NCBI RefSeq assembly: GCF_900232105.1
Contig: NZ_LT934425.1
Location: forward strand, 3,300,001-3,332,000
Reading direction: 5' to 3'
DNA from: Candidatus Kuenenia stuttgartensis
Lineage (GTDB): Bacteria > Planctomycetota > Brocadiia > Brocadiales > Brocadiaceae
DNA: 32,000 bases
In this document: positions 10,096 to 19,739 of the stretch, piece by piece
How positions within the stretch are numbered: the stretch's first letter is position 1
How the letters are laid out: the number at the start of each line of letters is the position of its first letter
Notes under the pieces: generated by a model
What the model was told of the DNA's origin: nothing
Databases searched by the model: none
Seen by the model: only the letters and a program-made list of their open reading frames with translations
Translations under genes and position numbers: made by a program

Positions 10096-10566
10096 TTACA
10101 CCATGCCGCCCTCAGAAATATCATAAACCCATGAGAGGTCTATTGGTTGATAATCAACGATCTCTTCTTTTGTAAAAAAAGCAGCTATTTCTTTTTCTGC
10201 GGAAGAAGGAGAATCCGAACCATGTATTAAATTAAAGCGGTTGCTTACCGCATAATCGCCCCGAATAGTTCCGGGTTCTGCCTTTGACCCGAAAGTGACG
10301 CCCATCATTTTACGCGCTATTTCTATGGCATTTTTACCCTTTACCACGATGACAACTACGGGAGAAGAAGTGGTATAGCTCACTAGAGGCTCGAAAAAAT
10401 CCTTCCCCTTATGGGAAACATAATGCGCTCGTGCCAAAGAGTCAGGGATCATCATCATCTTCATGCCGGTTATCTGCAATCCTTTTTCTTCAAACCGGGA
10501 AATGATCTTGCCAAGCAGGCGGCGCTGAATGGCATCCGGTTTCAATATAATTAACGTTTTTTCCAT
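10096..10566 (-). CDS. ndk: Nucleoside diphosphate kinase
   Basis: EKTLIILKPDAIQRRLLGKIISRFEEKGL, GSKAEPGTIRGDYA, NLIHGSDSPSSAEKEIAAFF. Confidence 0.97.
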   Translation of the reverse strand: MEKTLIILKPDAIQRRLLGKIISRFEEKGLQITGMKMMMIPDSLARAHYVSHKGKDFFEPLVSYTTSSPVVVIVVKGKNAIEIARKMMGVTFGSKAEPGTIRGDYAVSNRFNLIHGSDSPSSAEKEIAAFFTKEEIVDYQPIDLSWVYDISEGGMV

Positions 10567-10572
10567 GTACAG

Positions 10573-11118
10573 CTATCCTTTCATTCCCTTAAGTTTCTTA
10601 ACATAATGCCCCCTGACCAAAAGAAAAAATTCCTGATATTCAGACGATTTATAATCGGGGAACGTCCACGGGAAGGATTCATATTTACCTTGGCGATAAT
10701 CCAATGTAACTTCAGCATATATGCCATCCCGTAAATAAATACGATGAGAAAAATCTTTGGTGGAAGCTAAAATAAGCCTGCTTTCATTGATATATCCCGG
10801 ATCTATATTCACCGGACGAGCTACAACATACTTTTCCTCTGAGGCGATTGCCTCCTCCAATGCGTTTGTTTTTATTTTTATGGCTGCGATTTCATCCGGC
10901 ATGATAAGCCTTTCAAAACTAAAAAACTGTCTCAAAATGCCTTCGCCCATCTCATCATTATAATATCTGGTATAGTGAAAAGGTTGTATATTGCTGCGAA
11001 GGTCAATTTCCCCAAAATATCCTTCGAGTGTTTCGCCTATTTGTGCAAAAAGTACTTGTACACCTGACAATACCCCTATAATTAAATTTGCCGGTTTTGG
11101 CCTTCCTATCTCACCCAC
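10573..11118 (-). CDS. DUF4416-like protein
   Basis: MGEIGRPKPANLIIGVLSG..., FSYxxYYxxEMG-like FHYTRYYNDEMG, NIDPGYINESRLILASTKDFSHRIYLRDGIYAEVTL. Confidence 0.7.
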   Translation of the reverse strand: MGEIGRPKPANLIIGVLSGVQVLFAQIGETLEGYFGEIDLRSNIQPFHYTRYYNDEMGEGILRQFFSFERLIMPDEIAAIKIKTNALEEAIASEEKYVVARPVNIDPGYINESRLILASTKDFSHRIYLRDGIYAEVTLDYRQGKYESFPWTFPDYKSSEYQEFFLLVRGHYVKKLKGMKG

Positions 11119-11124
11119 ATTATG

Positions 11125-12855
11125 TTAATTCGCACTCCTCTCTGTCTTTATCAGATGCTGCCGTATACGTTCAAGCTCTTGTTTGGTATTTTCGATGTGT
11201 GTTAAAAAAACTTCACCACTTTTTCTTAATTTTATCTCAAGTTCTTTTGTTTCGGTATATTTTTTCCCAATAATTATCTTTACGGGAATGCCTATTAAAT
11301 CGGCATCCTTGAATTTTACCCCTGGCCGCAAATCTCTGTCATCGAGTAATACATCGATTCCTTTCATGTTCGTCATATCGTCATAAATACTTCTTGCCGC
11401 GTCCATACATATTGTATCTTTGACGTTTACGGGAATAATGATAACATGGTATGGAGCAAGTGACATAGGCCATATAATCCCGTTTTCATCGTGTGATATT
11501 TCTATAATCGCCGCAATAATCCTATTCACTCCGATACCATAGCATCCCATAACTTTTGGCTTTTCTTTTCCATCCGCATCAAGGTAATGCGCTTTTAAAG
11601 CGCTCGTATATTTTGTTCCCAATTTAAAAACATGGCCTATTTCAATTCCCTGCGAGATTTCAAGAACATGATTACAATGCGGGCAATTATCACCCTGGGT
11701 TACATAACGAATATTTGCAATCTGATCAATTTTGAAATCCCTTTCGGAGTTAACGTTCAATAAATGATAATCTGTTTTATTCGCCCCCGTAACGAAATTA
11801 GAGAGCGTTGTAACCGCCTGATCGGCAATTATTTTAATTTTTAGACCTACAGGACCTGTAAAACCAACGTTTGCGCCGGTAGCGCGCTCAATAGTCTCAC
11901 GGCTTGCTAATTCAAAAGATTTCAAACCAAGAACACCTGACAATCTTGCTTCGTTCACTTCATGATCGCCTCGTAGGAGAACGGCAAACAGTTGTTCTTG
12001 TGAAGTATAGATTAGGGTCTTTACCATGTGATGTTGTGAGATATTCAAAAAATCACTGATTTCCCGGATAGTACGTTTGTCCGGCGTGTATATTTCCTCA
12101 AGCTTTCGCAGGGAATAATTCTCTTGTTGTGGTAAGGGGGCGGCTTCAGCCCTTTCACGATTTGCACTATAACCACAGTTCCGGCACAAAATCAATATGT
12201 CTTCTCCCACAGGACTTGGGACCATAAACTCATGGGAAGCATCCCCTCCCATTGCCCCGGAATCTGCTTCTGCAATAATATAATCAAGTCTGCACCGGTC
12301 GAAAATACGGCAATACGCATCATACATTAACTGATAACTGTTGTTTAAGCCCTTCTCGTCGAGATCAAAGCTATACGCATCCTTCATAATGAACTCCTTG
12401 CTCCTCAAAACACCAAAACGGGGCCTCATCTCATCTCTGAATTTCGTTTGAATTTGATACAACGTAATAGGAAGTTGCTTATAAGAATTGATTTCATTTT
12501 TAACTATATACGTAATAACTTCTTCGTGGGTAGGACTTAACACGGTTTCTTTGCCATGCCGGTCCTGAAAAGTTATCAGGTCTGCGCCGAAAACATCTAA
12601 TCGGCCACTTTCTTTTAACAGGTCTAAGTGTTGTAGTGCGGGAAGAAATACCTCTATCGCTCCAGAACGATTCATTTCTTCTCTCACAATGGCAATAACC
12701 TTGTTGAGAACCAACGTTCCTAATGGTAGGTATGCATACGCTCCGGAAGTTATTCGCCTGATAAGACCGGCGCGAATCATAAGCTTGTGGCTGTCTATTT
12801 CTGCTTCTGACGGACTTTCTTTTAATGTAGGAATTAATGTTTGAGACCATTTCAT
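11125..12855 (-). CDS. proS: Prolyl-tRNA synthetase
   Basis: AYLPLGTLVLNKV, LSPTHEEVITYIV, RPRFGVLRSKEFIMKDAYSFD, insertion/YbaK-like domain, CYGIGVNRIIAAIIE. Confidence 0.97.
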   Translation of the reverse strand: MKWSQTLIPTLKESPSEAEIDSHKLMIRAGLIRRITSGAYAYLPLGTLVLNKVIAIVREEMNRSGAIEVFLPALQHLDLLKESGRLDVFGADLITFQDRHGKETVLSPTHEEVITYIVKNEINSYKQLPITLYQIQTKFRDEMRPRFGVLRSKEFIMKDAYSFDLDEKGLNNSYQLMYDAYCRIFDRCRLDYIIAEADSGAMGGDASHEFMVPSPVGEDILILCRNCGYSANRERAEAAPLPQQENYSLRKLEEIYTPDKRTIREISDFLNISQHHMVKTLIYTSQEQLFAVLLRGDHEVNEARLSGVLGLKSFELASRETIERATGANVGFTGPVGLKIKIIADQAVTTLSNFVTGANKTDYHLLNVNSERDFKIDQIANIRYVTQGDNCPHCNHVLEISQGIEIGHVFKLGTKYTSALKAHYLDADGKEKPKVMGCYGIGVNRIIAAIIEISHDENGIIWPMSLAPYHVIIIPVNVKDTICMDAARSIYDDMTNMKGIDVLLDDRDLRPGVKFKDADLIGIPVKIIIGKKYTETKELEIKLRKSGEVFLTHIENTKQELERIRQHLIKTERSAN

Positions 12856-13342
12856 TTTCTTGTTATTCCTTGATAAATTTTTAGTTTAGTATATGGTTTT
12901 AACAGCAAACTGCCATGAGAAAACATTATAATTCCTTATTCTTTGCGTTCAAGAGATAAAAATATACTATGTCTCTATTATAAAAAGCGAGTTACACTTT
13001 TATAACTAACCGTTAGGCTATGATGAAAATATTTGACATACTACATTTTCGAATTATAATGTGATTTTTATTTTTAAACCTTATGTTTGCCCATGAATAA
13101 CCCTGTTAATTGTGCCCAAAAAACACTCATCTTTGAAGAATATTGGTTCTTTAGCCAGTTGATAAAGCGCCACTAAGTTTTTGATGTTTTTAAAAAGCCT
13201 TACGTAATTAACAGCTGCATTGATTCAAGAATTAGTAGCAAATATTATTTGTTATGTAGGTTAGTGAATTATAGGTTGTGGTATTATTTTTGACTAGGTG
13301 CTTATAATTGGTAATTTTTATAGTACGTCTGGACTTTTTGTA

Positions 13343-13861
13343 ATGGAAGGGGAAAAAGCGTTGCGAAGTAAAATTCTGTTGATGTGCATATTCTCGATTG
13401 CTATCTTCAGTTTATCGGAAGACCGTTTTTGCTTGTGTGCTGAAGAAAATACTCAGGTTGAGGGTGAAAAAGAAGAGAAGAGCGAATTGGCCAAACTTAT
13501 GAAAGAAATAGATAAGAACTATAAGGCAACAGAAGAAATCTCTGGTTATTATAACTATAAAGAGAAAGAATGGAAAATTATAGGAGATGCGAGTGTTAAC
13601 CTCATAAATCTCTGCAAAATTGCTTTAAAAAAATTCGCGCGTCCAGATGATGAAAAATATCAGAAACTTAATAGAATGATGCTGGAAGAATCTGAGAAAA
13701 TGCATGAAGTATACGAACGCAGAGAGCAGGTTGGCGCATTAGAAGATGCCCAATGGCAGGTGCGCCGTTTGAGGCAAACATGCGCGTTATGCCACAAACA
13801 TTTAGGTATTCATCTCTACCCCAATTTATATCCTGGGCATAAAGATTGGGGAGTAAAATGA
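13343..13861 (+). CDS. Secreted monoheme cytochrome c, probable four-helix (cytochrome c'-like)
   Basis: Hydrophobic N-terminus and one CxxCH (LRQTCALCHK) near the C-terminus. Track start 13298; ATG at 13343 is more plausible. Confidence 0.68.
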   Translation: MEGEKALRSKILLMCIFSIAIFSLSEDRFCLCAEENTQVEGEKEEKSELAKLMKEIDKNYKATEEISGYYNYKEKEWKIIGDASVNLINLCKIALKKFARPDDEKYQKLNRMMLEESEKMHEVYERREQVGALEDAQWQVRRLRQTCALCHKHLGIHLYPNLYPGHKDWGVK

Positions 13862-14773
13862 GGCGTAAAACATTTGTTCTGCTGTTTTGCCAAACCTCAG
13901 GCCGGTGAAAAACACGATATGCACATGTGATTTATTATAGGGCTATATCACGCATCGAAAAAGTGGTTCATTTCTTAAAATGAAGTACATAACTGTAATC
14001 AAATTAAACTTCCTCAATGCAAAAAATTTGATCAAAACCTTTAGTATTGCAACTTACAGTTATAAACCGCACACTGGTATAAATTAAACATTTTAGGTTT
14101 GTTGTGCTTAAAAATGTATAAAAGGCTAAAGCCATAATTGCGAATTACTTATAAATTTGTTTGTTGTTATTGGAATTGATGCTTTAGTATTTTATAAAAG
14201 TTTATTTATGTCCGTCTGCAGTATATTTCTTAAAATTATAAGGACAAGGTTTTTCCTCGAGTTCCAGACTGTTTTGGTATTCAAATTTTTGCTTGACTCA
14301 CTTTCTTTTCAATGATATATTGACAAGCCCTGAAGAAGCCGTACTATTTCTGAAATTAAATGGGTTTGGAGTGTCATTCAAAGAATTTATGAGGGGAAAA
14401 GCATCGCTTACCCAATAGATAGTACTAATTTGCTTGGTAATTACAGTAACCATGCAAATCTGGCGGTGTTTTTCATCATTTTATCGGAACGGTAGAATCT
14501 TGTGGATGGTGGTTGTAAATGTATAATGCAGTTAATTAGAAAAAAACTTTATCTAAGGAATAGTAGTTTTTATTCTGTGTATTTCTGAGTGAGAAAACAT
14601 TGATGGGTTTTGTAAACACATGCTGCTTCAAATATTTTTGCGCGAAGGGGGGGGGTGAAGAAGTATCTAAATTAACAGTAAATTTTTCTATTTCAGAGAT
14701 TTCTGGAATGTAAGCGCTAAGTAGGTAAACTTTTGATTAATATAATATAAATAAGTGAGGAGGGAAAAGAAAG

Positions 14774-15181
14774 ATGAAGCTAAAAAAAGGCATTTTAGCT
14801 GGGATTTGTGCGATGGTTATTTCTGGGATGGCATCGATTGGATATGGCGCAACACAACAAGAGATATGTAAGAATATGTGGGATCCTTTTCAATCAATGA
14901 GGGCTGTGACTGGATTAATGGAACTTACATCGGGTCAGTGTACACAATTATCAAAGGATGCGGCGGCTATTTTGGCAGGTGTAAAAGAATCACATGACAG
15001 TATTTCAGTAGATAAAAATTATAAGGTTTTGAATGATGAGGTTGCTTATCATGCTGCGAACATTGATGCTGCGGCAAAAGCGAATGATTTAGAGGAAGTT
15101 CAGGTGCAATTCAGGAGAATGACCATTGCATGCAGGAATTGTCATAAGATTTACAAGACAGAGCAAAGACTCGTTCCGTAA
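14774..15181 (+). CDS. Secreted monoheme cytochrome c' -like protein; candidate NaxL-type large subunit
   Basis: Signal peptide ...GMASIGYGA, C-terminal CRNCHK, SD GAGGAGG upstream; paired with downstream class I cytochrome. Confidence 0.72.
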   Translation: MKLKKGILAGICAMVISGMASIGYGATQQEICKNMWDPFQSMRAVTGLMELTSGQCTQLSKDAAAILAGVKESHDSISVDKNYKVLNDEVAYHAANIDAAAKANDLEEVQVQFRRMTIACRNCHKIYKTEQRLVP

Positions 15182-15226
15182 TATAAAATGCCTACGTTAA
15201 TTTCCAAATAGTGAGGAGGGATTATT

Positions 15227-15607
15227 ATGAAGTTGTTTCGTTTAAAATATGTATTACCACTTATTGCAGGGTTGGGTTTGTCTTTGACAAGCACAGCTTG
15301 GGCTTTGAATGAACACACCGCAGGTGATACAACAAAGAGTCCATATACTATATATGCGGGTCTTGGTTTTGCTGTACAAGAAAGTTGTTATTATTGCCAT
15401 GGAAATGGCGGGAAAGGAACTACCGAAGGACTTATTTTTGGAGTTCCTGATTTCACTAGCACAGAATTTCAATCATCAATGACAGATAAACAGATCATAG
15501 ATCATATTAATAAGGGAAAGGGTAAGTGTCCTTCTTACCAAGGAAAGATGTCTCCTGAAATGATTGAGAAAATGGCTGGTGTTGTGAGAAATTTTGCTGT
15601 AAAGTAA
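15227..15607 (+). CDS. Secreted monoheme class I cytochrome c with Cys in place of axial Met; candidate NaxS-type small subunit
   Basis: Signal peptide ...STAWA, CYYCHGNGGKG, then KGKGKCPSYQGKMSPEMI where class I cytochromes normally have M-P-x-[FY]; SD GAGGAGG. Confidence 0.75.
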   Translation: MKLFRLKYVLPLIAGLGLSLTSTAWALNEHTAGDTTKSPYTIYAGLGFAVQESCYYCHGNGGKGTTEGLIFGVPDFTSTEFQSSMTDKQIIDHINKGKGKCPSYQGKMSPEMIEKMAGVVRNFAVK

Positions 15608-15833
15608 ATTCTCGCTATCGGGTTAATAGTAAACAAACCTTAGAGATGCAAAAATCAAAGGGTATATGAACAGCACAGTACGTTCATATGCCCTTTTTAT
15701 TTCAAATATGGTAATGTACCTTTTTTAATAGCCGGTGTTTTGATTATATTAATCGATGTCTCATCGCGACAATAAACATTGTGCCATTCCAAGTTTTAAA
15801 ACTTCTTTCTAAAGATTTATCAAACTTCTTCCC

Positions 15834-18353
15834 ATGGAAACAAACTTAATTACTACTGAAAATTATTTTTACACCTTATTAAAAAAAAATTATCATACTT
15901 CGGAAAAAATACGTGCGCAAATTAGAGAAACGAAGGAAAAAGTTAGAAATATTGTACAAAGAGAGCCGTTAAAAGGGTTTACTATTAACTTTCAAGGAGA
16001 AGTCATTGGATGTTCTTTTGAAAAAACACTGAAAATAATTGCCAAACGCTTATTTAGCAAAGGAGTCGTTAATCATATTTTAACATTAAGGGATAAAAAT
16101 TCGGTAGAAGTAGATGCTACAGCAACACAAACTGAAGTGGAAGAACTCATTCGCTTTCTCATGAAACGTCATGTTGTCTTGCATTATAAGAAAAAAACGT
16201 CAAAAGATATCAGTAATATGTTGATAATCGATGAGAATGAACAAAATCAATTAGGAAGTTTTATTCCTGATTCACTTTGCTGTAATTATGCATCTTTTGT
16301 TGAATCTACTGAAAAATACACCGGAAGGCTGAATAGTTATCTTATTCTTAATAGTTTGCCCTTAACAACAGAAAAACTCGGTCGGGAGCTTCGTTTTAAC
16401 AAAATTGAAACAAAAAATAAAGTTTTCACGGGTACCGGTTTAAAAGAAATTTACTTAAATTTAAATTTTTTAAACCTTATCCTCATGTTGGATTTAGAAG
16501 AACACTATTTGAAACTTAGAATTTTTAGCGCACAGGAAGAATACCTGAAATCTGTCGAGGAAAAAATTGACAGTCTTGGTTTTTTTGCAGATATTTTTCA
16601 ATATATTGCAAGTGAAGATAATCCATTATTGTTCAACAAAAATTTGTTCATCGATTTAATGAGGATTGAACATATTATTGAAAAAGAAGATTGGAAATCA
16701 CTCCCTGCATATGGAGGTTATATTTACTCAGCATTAAATAAACTTAACGAACATTTCAAAATCATGGAGGAATATAATCTTTTTTTAACTTACGCCAACT
16801 GTATTGAGAAATTTTTGGCAAAATTAGACAAGAAGCTTTTCAAACAGAAATCAGACTTTAAAAATGAAAAAAATGATTTAAATGCAAACTACAATGAATT
16901 AAAAAAGCTACATATTTTATCCCGGCACCCCTCAATAAAGCATACCTATCTGGAGCTATTGAATTCTTTTAGTAAATTATTGACATACATTGATTTTATG
17001 TCCATGCAAAACAAATATTATGGCAAAGAAAATACGAGGCAAAAAGCGCTTTCCCTAAAAAGACAGGGAAATAGATTTATTTCAGGCATAAAAAAGTTTG
17101 TAACATCTGTTCTTGATCATTCGACCACTAATTCTATAAATTCCTTGCTTTCTAAAAAGGAAGTTTTTGTGAATGAACAAGAGGTAGATGTCCATAAGCT
17201 CATAGAAAAACTGAAAAAAAAGCTGAAAGAAATATCCCAATTAAAAACTGCTTCTGGAAGGGATGCTTATATGGAAGCCAGGACATGCATACCATTGCTC
17301 ACCTATTTGTCTGATATTTTAGATCAACTAAATGAGATAGTTAAAAAAGATGAATTGGGCAAGAATACTCAGGATTTATATAAAAATGTTTTTCTTAAAT
17401 CGAAATTGAATAAGTTCACTACGCTATTTAATGAATTGGACCGCTTAGTTACATTTGACGATGAAGATGAAAAGGAATTTGTCCGTAAAATATCGGCCGA
17501 TTTACAAAAATTCCTTTATAGTAAACCTTTAAAAGAAGACAATTATACAAAAATTATAGATAAAATTAGCGCTTTGGAGGATTTTGTAATAAATAAAAAC
17601 AAACCACATCTCGAAAGTGTTGATAAAATACATACCTTCACTCAAAAATTTAATCAGAATAACGTTTTTAAAAATATAATTGATATAAAAACGGAAATTG
17701 AAAAGATGCTTGAGCTAGAGAGGAAGTTCTTGCAAATTGAAACCTTTAAAAAGGAGGGTGATTTTTTTTCTTATAGCAGCAAAGAACTTGACTGTTTTCT
17801 TGAAGAAATAATAATATTTAATAAAAAATTGAAAGCAAACGGCTATTGGAACAACAAATCAAATTTTGAAGAAATCGAAAAAAAATTTGATCAATTGATT
17901 GCAGAGGTAAATGATATTGAAAACCGCATTGTTTCAAGCGCAAGGAATGAAAACAATAAAATATCTAAAGAAACCATAAAATACGTTGATTATTTAAAAA
18001 ATTCCATAGTGACAAGGAAGGGTTTGGAAGGTGCAGTTATTCTTATACAAAACCAAATTAGTCAAATAGCAGGATTTATTCATGCAATTAAAGCTTCTCT
18101 CTGCCAACAATCATTTGTCCACTCCGGAGTCTCAACCAGCGTGCTTTTTGATCAAATAACCTTTTTACTTAGTAGTATTGATGTAAAATTGCTGGATATG
18201 GACAAATTAACGGAAGACATGTTCATTGACTGTATTAGTACGATATCTCACTATCAAGTAGGAGAAACGTTTCAAGAGCCGCAAAATGACGATATTAATC
18301 GCTTAATGCTGGAAATTAGAAAAAGGGAAATAATCAAAACATATAAAAATTAG
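15834..18353 (+). CDS. Large protein of unknown function, strongly charged/helical, likely coiled coil
   Basis: Single uninterrupted 839-aa ORF without signal peptide; Lys/Glu/Leu-rich with repeated helical stretches; no family recognised. Confidence 0.75.
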   Translation: METNLITTENYFYTLLKKNYHTSEKIRAQIRETKEKVRNIVQREPLKGFTINFQGEVIGCSFEKTLKIIAKRLFSKGVVNHILTLRDKNSVEVDATATQTEVEELIRFLMKRHVVLHYKKKTSKDISNMLIIDENEQNQLGSFIPDSLCCNYASFVESTEKYTGRLNSYLILNSLPLTTEKLGRELRFNKIETKNKVFTGTGLKEIYLNLNFLNLILMLDLEEHYLKLRIFSAQEEYLKSVEEKIDSLGFFADIFQYIASEDNPLLFNKNLFIDLMRIEHIIEKEDWKSLPAYGGYIYSALNKLNEHFKIMEEYNLFLTYANCIEKFLAKLDKKLFKQKSDFKNEKNDLNANYNELKKLHILSRHPSIKHTYLELLNSFSKLLTYIDFMSMQNKYYGKENTRQKALSLKRQGNRFISGIKKFVTSVLDHSTTNSINSLLSKKEVFVNEQEVDVHKLIEKLKKKLKEISQLKTASGRDAYMEARTCIPLLTYLSDILDQLNEIVKKDELGKNTQDLYKNVFLKSKLNKFTTLFNELDRLVTFDDEDEKEFVRKISADLQKFLYSKPLKEDNYTKIIDKISALEDFVINKNKPHLESVDKIHTFTQKFNQNNVFKNIIDIKTEIEKMLELERKFLQIETFKKEGDFFSYSSKELDCFLEEIIIFNKKLKANGYWNNKSNFEEIEKKFDQLIAEVNDIENRIVSSARNENNKISKETIKYVDYLKNSIVTRKGLEGAVILIQNQISQIAGFIHAIKASLCQQSFVHSGVSTSVLFDQITFLLSSIDVKLLDMDKLTEDMFIDCISTISHYQVGETFQEPQNDDINRLMLEIRKREIIKTYKN

Positions 18354-18672
18354 CGTAAACTGGTACAAATTTTACTTCCATTAATCCCGCACTATAGTGT
18401 GAGTGATATCAGTTATAAAATACATTTGTTTTCGCCCTGACTTTCAATATACGATGAAACACAAATGAATGGATTTTCTAAAAAACTAAAGTGTTACAAA
18501 ATCTGCATATTTTTAGCCGGACAATAACAATTAATCATGACAACCATTTCTCATAAAAAGGACAAAAATTGGGACTAATCTGCAAAGTCATATACCGCTA
18601 TCGTCAACTCTGTAAAAAATATTATTTTTGTATGGTCTCTTCGTGCCCTTTGAGATATTTTAAAAATATCCT

Positions 18673-19209
18673 ATGAATTTAAGTTACAAAGAACTTCCAT
18701 TAATAGATTTATTTGCTCAAAAGGTTGCAAGCACTCGAGAGAGAAAAAATACCGATAAAACACCCCATGATTATGCACTGGACAAGGTAGATGCAATGTC
18801 GGTTCTACATTGTGCAAATTTGCTCAATGACCAATACCTGAAAAATGCAATTCAAGCTTCAGAAAAGCATATGATCAAAACTCAGCCTCAACACAATAAT
18901 ATTCCGCAAAATACAATATCCATTAACACAAATAATAATCGACCAACCAGCAGAAAAATACCACACTATACCCATCTTATTGAATTGAATGGCCATTTGA
19001 TTTTTCAAGCAGCATGTTGCCTTCCGTTAAAAATATTTGCGGCAAGTCTTGACGGTAAAACCGTCTCTGGCAAGACCTTGTTTAATAGTCACTCAGATTC
19101 TGGCGGAGGAAAGTTGGTATATGAATTTTTGGGAACAGGAAAAGAATTAATAGTTGATTTAAAACGCAGGGAAAGCACCAACGTACAACGTCTGATTTTT
19201 CAAATATAA
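18673..19209 (+). CDS. Hypothetical protein
   Basis: 178-aa ORF followed 3 bp later by a strong terminator; no family recognised. Confidence 0.5.
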   Translation: MNLSYKELPLIDLFAQKVASTRERKNTDKTPHDYALDKVDAMSVLHCANLLNDQYLKNAIQASEKHMIKTQPQHNNIPQNTISINTNNNRPTSRKIPHYTHLIELNGHLIFQAACCLPLKIFAASLDGKTVSGKTLFNSHSDSGGGKLVYEFLGTGKELIVDLKRRESTNVQRLIFQI

Positions 19210-19211
19210 AG

Positions 19212-19249
19212 AAAAAAATCCCTGAGTAATTCAACTCAGGGATTTTTTC
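19212..19249. terminator. Bidirectional intrinsic terminator between convergent genes
   Basis: AAAAAAATCCCTGAGT-AATTCA-ACTCAGGGATTTTTT, with A-run/T-run on both sides; lies between plus gene ending 19209 and minus gene ending 19278. Confidence 0.88.
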
Positions 19250-19277
19250 TTTAGTAAAAATAGGGATTTTTGAAATA

Positions 19278-19739
19278 TTAAATCCATTCCTCGGATAAAA
19301 CGCCACCTTCAATACCTACGACAACCTGCTTAACCGGTATTTTACGAGTTGCCCTTTCTGCACCCTCTTTTGCTACCTGAACTAACCCAAAACAACACGG
19401 TACCTGCATGATCATTACAGTCAAAGTATTAATCTTTGCGTTATCAATTAAAGACTTTACTTTTTCTATATAGACCTCTTGATCCGAATCCAGTTTAGGG
19501 CAAGCAATAGCAATGCTTTTGCCTTTCAGATAATCCTTATGAAAATCAGCTAATGCAAAAGGAACACAGTCAGCGACCAACAAAATATCTTTTTCCTGAA
19601 AATAAGGCGCTTGTGGCGAAACTAGGTGCAACTGTATCGGCCACTGCCTTAACTGAGACTGGCGCTTGCCTGATTCACCCTCGCTCTGTTCTTCCTTTTC
19701 ACTAAAATCTATCGTTTTTGATCCTGGACAACCACTCAT
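19278..19739 (-). CDS. Protein matching the C-terminal half of 4Fe-4S ferredoxin-type proteins, lacking the ferredoxin domain
   Basis: GCPGSKTIDF, SQLRQWPIQLHLVSPQAPYF, VADCVPFALADFH, CPKLD, VPCCFGLVQ. Confidence 0.65.
   Translation of the reverse strand: MSGCPGSKTIDFSEKEEQSEGESGKRQSQLRQWPIQLHLVSPQAPYFQEKDILLVADCVPFALADFHKDYLKGKSIAIACPKLDSDQEVYIEKVKSLIDNAKINTLTVMIMQVPCCFGLVQVAKEGAERATRKIPVKQVVVGIEGGVLSEEWI

Noticed and set aside
12500-12850. 116-aa minus ORF within proS
   Set aside because: Out-of-frame shadow on the same strand as prolyl-tRNA synthetase.
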